From NCBI RefSeq assembly GCF_963921235.1, contig NC_086097.1, positions 221,032,001 through 221,096,000 of the forward strand: a stretch of 64,000 bases of DNA, in the 5' to 3' direction. This document shows, in pieces, positions 51,206 to 63,189 of the stretch (within the stretch, counting starts at the first letter, position 1; each line of letters starts with the position of its first letter). The position numbers and the translations under genes were made by a program. The notes below the pieces were generated by a model, which saw nothing but the letters and a program-made list of their open reading frames with translations, searched no databases and was not told where the DNA came from. This stretch comes from Mobula hypostoma. Its lineage: Eukaryota.

Positions 51206-52802
51206 CAGTGGTGCGAAAGTGTTTGTGAACTCTGCGGAATTTTCTCTATTTCTGCATAATTTGACCTAAAATGTGATCAGATCTTCATGCAAGTCCTAAA
51301 ACTAGACAAAGAGAACCCAATTAAATAAATAATACAAAAACATTATATTTGTTTATTTATTTATTGAGAAAGATGACCCAATATTACATGTATTTGTTGG
51401 GAAAAAGTATGTGTACCTCTGGGGTAATGCCTTCTGTTTGGAGTCAGGTGTTCCAATCAATGAGATGAGATTGGAAGTGTGGGTTCTAGGGGTGCCCTGC
51501 CCTATAAAAACACACACACAAAGTCAGTTTACTGACAGAGCCTGCTTTTCTCAAGAAAGATCTGTTTACATGCACCATGCCTTGATCAAAACAACTTTCA
51601 GAGGATCTTGGAAGAACTGTAGAGATGCAAGAAGCTGGAAGAGGCTACAGGAGCATTTCTAAAGACACGAGTGTTCATCAGTCCACAGTAAGAGAAGTTG
51701 TCTACAAATGGAGGAAACTCAGAACTGTTGCTTCTCTCCCTAGGAGCGGGCAACCTGCAAAGATCACACCAAGAGCACAACGTACAATGCTGAAGGAGGT
51801 GAAAAAGAACCGAAGGGTAAAAGTAAAATACCTGCAGAAATCTCTGGAACTTGCTAAAGTCTCTGTTCATGTGTCCACTATAAGAAAAACTTTGAACAAG
51901 AATGGTGTTCATGGAAGGACACTACAGAGGAAACCACTGCCCTCCAAAAAAAACATTGTTGCACACCTCAAGTTTGCAAAAGACCGCCTGGATGTTCTAT
52001 GGTGCTTCTGGGACAATATTCTGTGAACAGATGAGACAAAAGTTGAACTTTTTGGCAGAAATGCACTTTGGTATGTTTGAAGGCAAAAGACACTGCAAAC
52101 CAACACCAGAACGTCATCTCAACTGTGAAGCATTGTGGAAGGAGCATGATGGTTTGGGGCTGCCTTGCTGCCTCAGGGTGTAGACAGCTTGCAATTGTTG
52201 AGGGAACAACGAATTCAAAATTGCGTCAAGACATTTTACAGAAGAATGTCAGGACCGCAGTTTGTCACCTGAAGCTTAATAAAAGTTGTATAATGCAACA
52301 AGACAATGATCCAAAAGGCAAAAATAAATCAACAAAAGAATGGTTTAAAAAGAAGAAAATTTGTATTTTGGAATGGCTGAGTCAAAGTCCTGACCTTAAC
52401 CCTATAGAAATGTTGTGGAATGACCTGAAGCAAGCAGTTCATACAAGGAAGCTCCCCAACATCCCAGTGTTGAAGCAGGAGGAATGGCCTAAAATTCATT
52501 CAAGCTGATGTGCAGGACTGATCAGCAGCTACCAGAAGCGTTTGGTTGAAGTTATTGGTGTACAAGGGGGTCACAGCAGTTACTGAAAGCAAAGGCTCAC
52601 ATACTTTTTCCAACAAATACCTGTAATATCGGATCATTTTCTCAATAATAAATGAACAAGTATAATGTTTTTGTGTTATATGTTTAATTGGGTTATCTTT
52701 ATCTAGTTTTAGGACGTAAGTGAAGATCTGATCATATTTTAGGTCATATTTATGTAGAAATAGAAGAATTCTACAGGGTTCACAACTGTCTAGAACCACT
52801 TG
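51206..52802 (+). mobile_element. Tc1/mariner transposon with long (~210-bp) TIRs and a decayed DD34E transposase
   Basis: Inverted ends CAGTGGTGCGAAAG.. / ..TAGAACCACTTG; EAGRGYRSISK..LPRSGQPAKITPR, TDETK, QQDNDPK, SQSPDLNPIEMLW; stops and frameshifts. Confidence 0.93.
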
Positions 52803-53029
52803 TACTTCCCTGACAATGTGAAAACTTACCCAGTTATTCCCAGGCAGGACAAAACAAAGTTGGCTAATTATTGATTAATCAGTTTACTTTCATCCAGCAA
52901 AGTGATGAAAGGTTAATAGTTTTCATCAGGCTGTAATTTCTCACCAGAATCCTCCTGAATGAATCTTGGTTTTTGTTTTGGGTTTTGCAAGTATCCCAGA
53001 CCCTAATGCAACTTTGGTCAAAACTTGAA

Positions 53030-53200
53030 CCATAGAGCTGAGAGTAGTACATTGTCTCAGAACTGTGCTACAGCAGATAGTACCCAAATTTGCTCTTGAC
53101 ATCAAATACTGCCTTTGTAGAGTTTGCACATCCTTCCTGTGACCACATGGATTTTCTGTATGGGCTCTATATTCCTCCCACATCCCAAAGATATACATGG
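53030..53200 (+). mobile_element. V-SINE/HE1-like remnant
   Basis: GTAGAGTTTGCACATCCTTCCTGTGACCACATGG...CCTCCCACATCCCAAAGA. Confidence 0.6.
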
Positions 53201-53899
53201 TTGTGGTTATCGGAGGTCATCCACAAGACATTACTTCTGAAATTCGTCAGGGCAATGTCAAGGGCACAAGTCTCTCCAGCTACTTCATCGATAACCTTTC
53301 TTACCATGTGTCAAAAGTGATTTTTTACACTAAGCACAATTCCATTTGCAAACTCCTCAGCCAATGAAATATTCCTTGTCTTCATACAGCAAGGCCTAGA
53401 AGACACTATGAGAAAAGGCTCTTAAGTAGCAAGTATCTACTGCTGCGGAACTTCAGAAAGAGACTCTGAACACCTACCCTTGACATTCATTGGGAGTAAC
53501 TGCTGAGATTCTCACCGTCAACATTCTAGGTGTCCCTGGTCCAGCCACATAAGTACTATGGCTATGAGAAGAGGTCAGAGCCTGGGTAACCAGCAGCGAG
53601 CTAGTAAATGTTTAACAGCTCAAGGCACAAATCAGGAATGCAATGGTGTATTTTATATTCGCAAGGATGAGTGTGGCTCCAGCAAGAAGAAGTTTTACAT
53701 CATCCAGGACAAATCAGCCCATTTGATATTCACCTGACCTACTGCTGTGAACATCTGTTCCACAGCAATGATAGTGCTTTTCATTGGCAAAATGCACTGT
53801 AGTTACCCTCCTATGTTGATCTGACAGCATGTCCCGAACCCACCAAGATTGATGAGGACAGCAGTTGCTAGCAGCCAGCAGGATGAGTTGCGATGTAAG

Positions 53900-56712
53900 A
53901 GGAGGATAAATCAAAAAGGGTGATGAATACTGGACTGAAGGTGTTATATTTGAATGCATACAGTGTACGGAATAGGGTAAATGGTCTCGAAGTGCAGTTA
54001 GAGATTAGCAGGTATGATGTGGGCATCTCCGAGTCGTGGCTGAAACAAGATCATATTTGGGAGCTTAACACCTGTTGTATCAAAAGTACAGGCAGGCAGA
54101 TAGGGTGGGGTGGTAAAAAATGAATCAAACCCTTAGAAAGAGGTGATATAAGATTGGATGATGTAGAATCCTTGTGGGTAGAATTAAGAAACTGCAAGGG
54201 TGAAAAGACTGATGGGAGTTATATATAGGCCTTCGAACAGTGCCCAGGATGTGAGATATAAATTTCTGTGGGAAATAGAAAAGACATGTAATAAGGACAA
54301 TGTTACGATAGTGATGGGGGATTTCAATATGCAGGTAGATTGGGAAAATCAGTCTGGTGCTGGATCTCAAGAGAGGGAGTTTGTAGAATGCCTATGAGAT
54401 GGTTTCTTAGAGCAGCTTGTGGTTGAACCCACTAGGGGAAAGGCTTTTCTAGATTGGGTGTTGTGTAATGAAACAGATTTGGTAAAGGAGGTTAAGGTAA
54501 AGGAACCCTTGGGAGGCAGTGATCGTAAATATGATTGGATTCACTTTGCAGTTTGAAAGGAAAAAGATAAATTCAGATGTATCAGTGTTACAGTGGAGTA
54601 AACGGAATTACAGCGGCATGAGAGAGGAGCTGGCTAAAGCTGATTGGAAGGGGATACTAAAAGGGATGATGGCAGAACAGTAGTGGCTAGTGTTTCTGGG
54701 GGCAATTCAGAAGGTGCAGGATAGATACATTGCAAAGATGAAGAAGTATTCATGTGACAAGGGATATCAAAAACAGCATAAAAGCAAATAGAGGGCATAT
54801 AAGTAGCAAAAAATAGTGGGAAGTTAGAGGATCTTTCAAAAACCAACAGAAAACAACTAAAAAATCCACAAGGAGCGAACAGATGAAATATGAAGTTACG
54901 CTAGCCATTAATATCAAAGAGGATACCAAATGATTTTTCAGATATATAAAGGCTAAAAGAGAAGAGAGAGTGGATATTGGACTGCTGGGAAATGATGCTG
55001 GAATGGTAGTAATGAGGAGCAAAGAAATGGCAGAGGATTTTAATAAGTATTTCGCGTCCGTCTTCACTGTGAAAGACATGAGCAGTATGACAGCAATTCA
55101 AGAGTGTCAGGAGGTGGAAGAGAATGTAATTGATATTACTAAAGAGAAAGTGCTTTGGATGTTGAAAGGTCTGAAGGTAGATAAGTCACCTGACCAGATG
55201 GACTACACTCCAGGGTTCTGAAAGAGGTAGCTGAACCATTAGTAATGACCTTTCGAGAATCACTAGATTCTAAAATGGTTCTGGAGGACTGGAAATTGCA
55301 AAGGTCACCCCATTCTTTTAGAAGGCAGAAAAAAAAGTGAATTATAGGCCAGTTAGCCTAACTTCAGTGTTGGGAAGATGTTAGAGTCCATTATTAAGGA
55401 TGAGGTTTTGAGGTACATGGAGCTGCACGAAAAGTAGGACAAAGTCAGCCTGGTTTCCTTAAGGGGAAAATCTTGGTTGACAAATCAGTTGGAATTCTTT
55501 GAGGAAATAACAGCAGGATAGACAAAAGAGAGTCAGTGGATGTTGTTTACATGGATTTTTAGAAGTCTTTTTGCCAAGTTGCCACACATAAGGCTGCTTA
55601 GCAACATAGAAGCCTATAGTATTAAAGGAAAGCTACAAGCATGGATAGAGGGTTTTTGCTGATTGGCAGGAGACAAAGAGTGGGATTAAAGGATGTCTGT
55701 TCTGGTTGGCTGCTGGTTTTTCACCAGGGTCGATTTCGGGACTGTTCCCTTTCACAGTGCATGGCAGCAATTTGGATGATAGAATTGATGGCTTTGGGGC
55801 CAAGTTTGCAGATCACACAAAGGTAGGTGGAGGGGCAGGTAGTGTTGAGGAAGCAGAGACTCTGCAGAAAGACAAAAATTATAGATTGGGAGAATGGGCA
55901 AAGACATGGTAAGTGGAATGCAGTATAGGCAAATGTGTGGTCATGCACTTTGGTAGAAGGAGCTAAGGCGTAGACTATTTTCTGAACAGGGAGAAAATTC
56001 AAAAACCTGAGATGCCAAGGGACTTGGGAGTCCTTGGGTTTCCCTAAAGTTTAACTTGCAGGTTGAAGGAAGGCAAATGCAATGTTAGCATTCATTTCGA
56101 GAGTACTGGAATATACAGTAAGTGCAAGGATGTGATACTGAGGGTTTATAAGGCATTGGTCAGATTGCCCTTGGAGTGATTGTAAGCAGTTTTGAGCCCA
56201 TTATTGAAGAAAAGATGTGTTGTCATTGGACTGGGTCCAGAGGAGGTTCATGAAAATGATCCCAGGAATGAAAGGGTTAATGTATGCAGAGCATTTGTTA
56301 GCTTTGAGCTGTGTTTACTGGAGCTTAGTAAAATAAGGTAATCTCATTGAAACCTATCAAATATTGAATGGTCTAGATTGAGTGGATGTGGAGAGGATGT
56401 TTCCTGTTGTGGGTGAGTCCAGGATCAGAGGGCACAGCCTCAGAATATAGGGACATCTATGTAGAACAGAGATGAGAAGGAATTTCTCAGCCAGTTGGTG
56501 GTGAATCTATGGAATTCTTTGTCATGGTCAGCTTTGGAGGCTGTCATTGAGTAGTTTTAAAGAGAGGTTGATAGTTTCTTGGTTCGTCAGGATGTCAAAA
56601 GTTATATGGAGGAGGCAGGAGAATGGTGTTGAGAGGGATAATAAATCAGCCAGGATGGAATGGCGGAGCAGACTCAATGGGCCCAGTGGCCTAATTCTCA
56701 TCTTATGTCTAA
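53900..56712 (+). mobile_element. Near full-length degraded CR1 ORF2 (endonuclease + RT + 3' UTR)
   Basis: LKVLYLNAYSVRN, GISESWL, GVIYRPSNS, MGDFN, DKSPD, NYRPVSLTSV, KFADHTK; many frameshifts. Confidence 0.92.
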
Positions 56713-56859
56713 TGAACTTTGAAGTAAGTTATTCACCAGTTAGTCAAACTAAAAGAAATTAGTGCTCATGACTGCCTGTAGCAGCTCACAAATACTTTCT
56801 CTGTTTCACTATTCATCAATAGTATTGAAACGATTGATACTGGTTTCAGACTGTCTGAA

Positions 56860-57225
56860 GACATACTCTCTTTTTGCTGTTACTATCAAGAAGGAGGCAT
56901 AGGTACCATAGGTCCATTTCGACCAGGTTCAGGAACTGTTATTATCCTTCAACCAACAGGCTCCTGAACCACTATGGATAACTTCACTCGCCTCAACTCT
57001 GAATGGGTTCCACAACCATTTTCAACTCAACCAATGAACTCTACAACTCATGTTCTCAGTATTACTTATTTATTTTTGAATTGCATACTTTTCCACATTG
57101 TTTTTCAGTCTTTGTGTGTAGTTTATCATTTCTATTGTATTTCTCTATTCTATTCTGGATACTTACCTGAAAATGATTCTCAAGGTTACGTCTATGCACT
57201 TTGATAATAAATTTACTTTGAACCT
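56860..57225 (+). mobile_element. Rex1/Babar 3' end
   Basis: LFLLLLSRRRH..TRFRNCYYPSTNRLLN; tail TGATAATAAATTTACTTTGAAC. Confidence 0.7.
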
Positions 57226-57649
57226 CTTACCTTTAGTTCTCTTCACTTACTATGCTGATCATTGGGTGACAGGGGTCCAGAGTCTGCTCTTGTTTACTCC
57301 AAATGTCACTCTTTAAGAAGATGCAGTTAAAGTAAGGCAGCAGAAATAAAGAATTTTTACTGCTACTCTGAAATAAAAGAAGTTGCAAAATATCTTTTCC
57401 CCTCTATTTTGCAAGTAACGATAGTCATCCAAATTGAAAAGGTAGATTCAACTGACGTTTTTGCAATTTGATCTGTCGAAGGTTCTGATGGACAAAGGCT
57501 TCCCATCATTCCCACTGTCCTGAGGTCTACCGTGCTTGGGCATAATAATAGTAAGTTTGGTCCATAATGTCAGGCGTACTTTACAAGTTCAACCTCAGCT
57601 AACTCCGTGCCCTTTGTGCAACTGATGTTGAGCTAAGATAATTACTTAC

Positions 57650-57656
57650 TGGGTGG
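57650..57656 (-). other. Candidate 7-nt microexon
   Basis: Minus strand tctctgctttttcttgactgttttctttcaacttttttattgcag|CCACCCA|gtaagt. Confidence 0.35.
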
Positions 57657-58311
57657 CTGCAATAAAAAAGTTGAAAGAAAACAGTCAAGAAAAAGCAGAG
57701 AAATTTGAGCCAGAGTGAACTTTCTTTCTTTTCTTTAAAAAGCTCCATCAAAGGCTCAGTTTAAAAAAAAACCTCTTATGTAAAGTGACAAGAAGTGGTG
57801 TTCTGTTTTGTGATTTGTCATTTGTTTTTGTATTTTCTTGTGGAAAATGATAAAACATCTTTAAATTAATCACGGGGCTGTCTTTACTTGAGCAATGGCT
57901 CAATGGCTGCTGGAACTAAAGTGCTTCCACAAAGTTTTGTGTAGTTAAGCTGGTCAGGGCAGAGGATCTCATACTGAAGGCATGTTCTTTCCTTGCTAGC
58001 ACTTGGGAGATATAGAGGAAAGCAAGGATAAAAATTATACATATTTCGAATAAACTCCTCTTGGGCTTCCAGCTGGGTACATGTATCGATTTTAACTGAC
58101 ATTTCGATGACAAACTCTGCCACTTTCAACAGGAATGATGCTCATGCATGTCCAGACCGGTGGTACATATAGCCTTGCTGTCCATCCCTCCTGATTAGTT
58201 AGTCCTCATCCAAACAGGTTTTGGCTCTCTCACCTTGCTTACAATCGAATTCCAGTTCTTACTTAGAGTGAGACCTCTGTCTTTGATAAAATTCTTTTTC
58301 TCTAGTTTTAG

Positions 58312-58601
58312 AACACCTTCAAGGAGCAGTATCTCAGAAAAGTAGCATCCATTATTAAGGACCCCCAGCACCCAGGGCATGCTCTTTTCTCATTGTTACC
58401 ATCAGGAAGGTGATACAGAAGCCTGAAGGAACAATTTCTTCCTCTCTGCCATCTGATTCCTAAATGGACATTGAAGCCTTGGACACTACCTCAGTTTTAA
58501 AATAAATATTATTTCTGTTTTTGCATGATTTTTAATCTATTCAATATACATATACCGTTATCTATCTATTTATTTATTTTCTCTCTCTCTCTCTCTCTCT
58601 C

Positions 58602-58632
<31 letters not shown>

Positions 58633-58697
58633 AACTGCTGCTGCTCAGTTAACAAATTTCATGATACATGCTGGTGATAATAAAACGGATTCTGATT
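58312..58697 (+). mobile_element. Rex1/Babar 3' fragment nested in the Penelope element
   Basis: SIIKDPQHPGHALFSLLPSGR; tail GATAATAAAACGGATTCTGATT; contains a (CT)n(AT)n microsatellite. Confidence 0.8.
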
Positions 58698-59073
58698 TCA
58701 ATGGCTTCCTTCACCATGTGGCCCCAAAAGCCAATGGCGCGGCACAATAGTTTTGTGTTGTCGAAGTCAATCCTATGGCCATTGCGAATGCAATGTTCTA
58801 CTTCTGCTGAGTTCCCCAGGTAACACAAATGGATACTCCTCCTGTGCTTCTTGATGTGGGTTTCCTGCCTGGTCGATATACAGTTGCTCTACATTCACAA
58901 AGAATCCTGTAAACTCCACCATCCTGAGTCCTAGGTCATTTTTGTAATTTGAGCTTCCTTCTGAATTTGTGAACGATATTAATCGGGTACAGGCTTCCCC
59001 CGCCATCCGAAGGTAGAGCGTTCCTATGAAATGGTCCATAAGCCGGAATGTCGTAAAGCAAAGAAGCAATTAC

Positions 59074-59178
59074 AGTTAGTCCTGACGAAGGGTCTCGGCC
59101 TGAAACATCGACTGTACCTCTTCCTAGAGATGCTGCCTGGCCTGCTGCGTTCACCAGCAACTTTTATGTGTGTTGCTT
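59074..59178 (+). mobile_element. 105-bp Penelope family B terminal insert with hammerhead variant (59078-59113)
   Basis: 11-bp TSD GAAGCAATTAC (59063-59073, 59179-59189); empty site visible in the Tigger copy near 63770. Confidence 0.9.
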
Positions 59179-59654
59179 GAAGCAATTACTATTTATTTAT
59201 ATGGGAAAATTTTGTGAGCGTTCGCTGACCCAAAAATAACCTACCAAATCATACCAAATAACACATAAAATCTAAAATAACAGTAACATGTAGTGAAAGC
59301 AGGAATGATACGATAAATACACAGCCTATGTAAAGTAGAAATACTTCTCTACAACGATTGCCTGCACTGTTCCCGTAGCGAAAATTTCACGCAAGCGCTC
59401 TCGGTAAAAACACTCTCTCCAGTAACCTTTAAGCTATGAAGCTGCCAAATCATACCAAATAACACATAAAAATACACAGCCGATATAAAGTAGAAATAAT
59501 GTATGAACAGTGTAGTATCACTTAAGGGAATCAGGACAGTGCCGAGCACACTGATGATGGTGCATTAGACTGAGTTGTCAGAGTTTGGGTGGTGCGGTGG
59601 CCCCCACCCTCCAGGCAGCGACCTGATACTGACCCGCGAAGCATGCAGGGGTGA

Positions 59655-59884
59655 AGCGGTAGCCGGGAGGCACACAGCACATCTTTAAGAAAAAAGCCGA
59701 AATAAACATGCTAATTAATTAGGTGCTGCCCAGCACGTAAATGTCGGCCCAGATCAGAGGCAATTGCCGATTGCGTCGCCTCTGATCTGGGCCGACAATT
59801 ACGTGTGGGGCGGCACCTAATTAATTAGCATGTTTATTTCTGCTTTTTTCTTAAAGATGTGCTGTGTGCCTCCCGGCTACCGCT
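59655..59884. repeat. 107-bp-arm inverted repeat inside the Tigger element
   Basis: Arms 59655-59761 and 59778-59884, few mismatches, 16-nt loop. Confidence 0.92.
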
Positions 59885-60003
59885 GCATTCTCCGCGAATC
59901 GGTATCTGTCCGTGGCGTGGGTGTTGGGGTGGTGGGACACTGGGGTGTCAGCTCATCGTCGTCTGTTTCCATTAGGGCAGGCAGCTCATCTTCTCCTATG
60001 ACT

Positions 60004-61090
60004 CAAAGTTGCTGGTAAACGTAGCAGGCCAGGCAGCATTTATTGGAAGAGTTTCAGTCGACGTTTCAGGCCGAGACCCTTCGTCAGGACTAACTGAAGG
60101 AAGAGTTAGTAAGAGATTTGAAAGTGAGAGGGGGAGGGGGAGATCCAAAATGATAGGAGAAGACAGGAGGAGGAGGGATGGAGCCAAGAGCAGGACAGGT
60201 GATTGGCAAAGGGGATATGAGAGGATCATGGGACAGGAGGCCCAGGGAGAAGGAAAAGGGGGTGGGGGATCCCAGAGGATGGGCAAGGGGTGTAGTCAGA
60301 GGGACAGAGGGAGAAAAAGGAGAGTGAGAGAAAGACTGTATGCATAAAAATAAATAAAGGATGGGGTACTAGGGGGAGGTGGGGCACTAGCGGAAGTTAG
60401 AGAAGTCGATGTTCATGCCATCAGGTTGGAGGCTACCCAGACGGAATATAAGATGTTGTTCCTCCAACCTGAGTGTGGTTTCATCTTTACATTAGAGGAG
60501 GCTGTGGATGGACATGTCAGAATGGGAATGGGACGTGGAATTAAAATGTGTGGCCACTGGGAGATCCTGCTTTCTCTGGCGGACAGAGCGTAGGTGTTCA
60601 GCAAAGCGGTCTCCCAGTCTGCGTCGGGTCTCGCCAATATATAGAAGGCCACATCGGGAGCACCGGACGCAGTATATCACCCTCCCCCTAGTACCCCATC
60701 CGTTATTTATTTTTATACACACATTCCTTCTCTCACTCTCCTTTTTCTCCCTCTGTCCCTCTGACTATACCCCTTGCCCATCCTCTGTTCCCCCCCCCCT
60801 GTCTTTCTCCCCGGATCTCCTGTCCCATGATCCTCTCATATCCCCTTTGCCAATCACCTGTCCAACTCTTGGCTCCATCCCTCCCCCTCCTGTCTTCTCC
60901 TATCATTTTGGATCTCCCCCTCCCCCTCTCACTTTCAAATCTCTTCCTTCAGTTAGTCCTGACGAAGGGTCTCGGCCTGAAACGTCGACTGAAACTCTTC
61001 CAATAGATGCTGCCTGGCCTGCTGCATTTACCAGCAACTTTGATGTGTGTTGCTTGAATTTCCAGCATCTGCAGAATTCCTGTTGTTACG
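60004..61090. mobile_element. Penelope family B element with inverted pLTRs around a GIY-YIG fragment
   Basis: Arms 60004-60379 / 60681-61042; spacer encodes VIYCVRCSRCGLLYIGETRRRLGDRFAEH (-); hammerheads at 60056-60091 (-) and 60955-60990 (+); TSD TTCTC(C/G)TATGACT. Confidence 0.92.
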
Positions 61091-62969
61091 TTCTCGTATG
61101 ACTGCCTGCCTCGATGTCGAAGGTCGAGGTTTGTCGTCTACTGTGGCTGATGTGGAAGGCTTGCTTGACTGCTGAGCCTTGTGCATTTTTCTATCATATG
61201 GTTCTTTGTAAGCACTCAAACCATCTTGCAAATATCCCCTAAACCTACGTACCCTTTCAAAATTAAAGTTGTACTTTATCATTGCAGCGAAAATCTCATG
61301 CAGCTGCTTCACGTTCAGTCTGCTACTGCATTCGGTTTCAATTGTTATCCTTTCCTCTTCCAATTGCATCAGCTCTTCATCTATCAGTTCTTGGTCATGG
61401 GATGCCAAAACCTCTTCAACATCATCTTTGTCAGCTTCCACAAGCCAAACTCACATTGTCCTTACTTTGTTCACCACGATCGAAATGCTTAATTATGTCT
61501 AGTTTTATGCTAAGTGTAACACCTTTACGAGCTCTTTCAGGATTTTCCAATACCTTAGAACTCATCTTGCAAACGGCTGCTCACAGGCACGTGTTTAAGC
61601 AATGCCGGCGACAATGCCGTTCAGAATCCAGGGGAGAGCAGCTGCTCGTGGCGCACGCTGCCTTTTATCGCATGCTGATATTTTTCGTAACAGTGAAAAT
61701 ACCTTCTGTTAGTGAAAACAGGGAACTAATGTAGGTCTTTCGTAATAGTGAGGTTTTGTGAAGTGAACGTTCGAAAAGCAGGGAACACCTGTATTTCTTC
61801 AGCATCCTGCTAATCGTTCCAGAAACTATGGAAAACTTGAAAAAACAGCAATAGCAGTGGGTTCCCCCTCTTTGTTAGGTTACCTGGCTTACCCATCAGC
61901 CCTTTTAAGGGCCCAATTGATTTCCTTCACCCTGGAGCCATTCTGTAGGAATGTCGTGCCTAATTGTCTTATTTCCTTGTGGACACTCTACGGGTATGAA
62001 ACAGTTTTTGTGCAGTTAGTCAAAGTAGAAAGAACTGCTCTACGTTAGGAGGCATGATGGTGGCTGTTATTGTTGCGATATGAGTCCGTGTGAGTGTGAG
62101 TGGGTTTCCAATTGACGCCATGTCTGAGGCTACCATCCGGGTTCTGTTGTATTAGAATGTCCAGGAACGGGAAGCAACCATTCTTCTCCATCTCCATGGT
62201 AAATGGAATATTTGGATGTGTGCTGTCCTGATGGTCGTGGAACTGTTGGAGTGCCTGAAGTCCATGAGGCCACACTACGAAGGTGTCATTGACATATCTG
62301 GAGAAGCATTTGGGGCACAAGGGCGGTGAACTCCGAGCCCTCTCCTCAAAGTCCTCCATGTAGAAATTAGCAATAGCCAACAACAAGGGCGATCCCACGG
62401 CCACTCTGTCCGTTTGTTCATTGTAGTTCCCCTAACGGAGGAAGTACATTGATATAAGGGTATGCTTAAGGGTGTGATCCTGAAGAAATACTGAATTAAT
62501 ATCATTCACAAACCTGTACGGAAGCTCAAATCACAACTTATGCGGTTCGAAGATGACCTGGGACTCAGGACGGCTGGAGTTCACAGGATTCCCTGTGAAT
62601 GCAGAGCAGTGAATATTGCCATGGTGGAAGCCCGCATCAAAAAGCACAGGAGGTGTATCCATTAGGTTTACCCGGAGAAACTGGCGGCCGCAGAACATTG
62701 CATTCACAATGGCCATAGGATTGACTTTGACCGCACAAAACTACTGTGCCACGTCACTGGGTTTTGGAACCACTGGGTGAAGGAAGCCATTGAAATAAAA
62801 CTAGAGGAAAAGAATTTTACCCAAGATGAAGGTCTTGCTCTAAGTAAGAACTGGAACTCGATTGTAAGCAAGGTGGGAGAGTGGAAACCTGATTGGATGA
62901 GGACTAACCAATCAGGAGGGTCGGTCTAGGGGGTATAAATACCACCGGACTAGACATGCCCAGACATCA

Positions 62970-63010
62970 TCCCTGATGAAGATGGCAGAGGTTATCATTG
63001 GAATGTCAGT
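62970..63010 (+). ncRNA. Degenerate hammerhead motif of Penelope family A
   Basis: CTGATGA-AGATGGC-AGAG-GTTATC..GAATGTC; partner copy near 58095-58132 (-) has ..GTCATCGAAATGTC. Confidence 0.45.
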
Positions 63011-63189
63011 TACAGTCGATACCCGTCTCCAGCTGAAAACCTGAGAAGAGTTTATTCATCATATACGCCGGGGAGGCCCTAGATCCTTTTTCTGTACATA
63101 TTTGTACACAAGGCCATAGTTAATGATATAATATTTTGTCTTTGTTGGCTTCCTTGGAGATTGTTTTCAGCCTTGCTGGCTTTGCCAGT

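Larger units (their letters stand above)
58990..61791 (-). mobile_element. Tigger/pogo-family non-autonomous DNA transposon
   Basis: Ends CAGGCTTCCCCCGC / GCAGGGAACACCTG with TA flanks; Tigger-like C-terminal remnant DDVEEVLASHDQELIDEELMQLEEE..NFERVRRF..LSAYKEPYDRK (61100-61440); second partial copy from ~63705. Confidence 0.85.
58047..63094 (-). mobile_element. Penelope-like element family A with inverted 3'-end duplication, interrupted by Rex1 and Tigger insertions
   Basis: RT VAVGSPL..ANFYMEDFEE..RYVNDTFVVW..FPFLDILI (62045-62430, -) continues through 61794-62045 and 58047-58988. Inverted copy of GIY-YIG end and pLTR at ~62455-63094 (+). TSD TACATATTT (58038-58046, 63095-63103). Confidence 0.85.

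Noticed and set aside
50939..51269. ORFs 50939-51193 and 51015-51269 as genes
   Set aside because: No recognisable domain; one runs into the Tc1 TIR.
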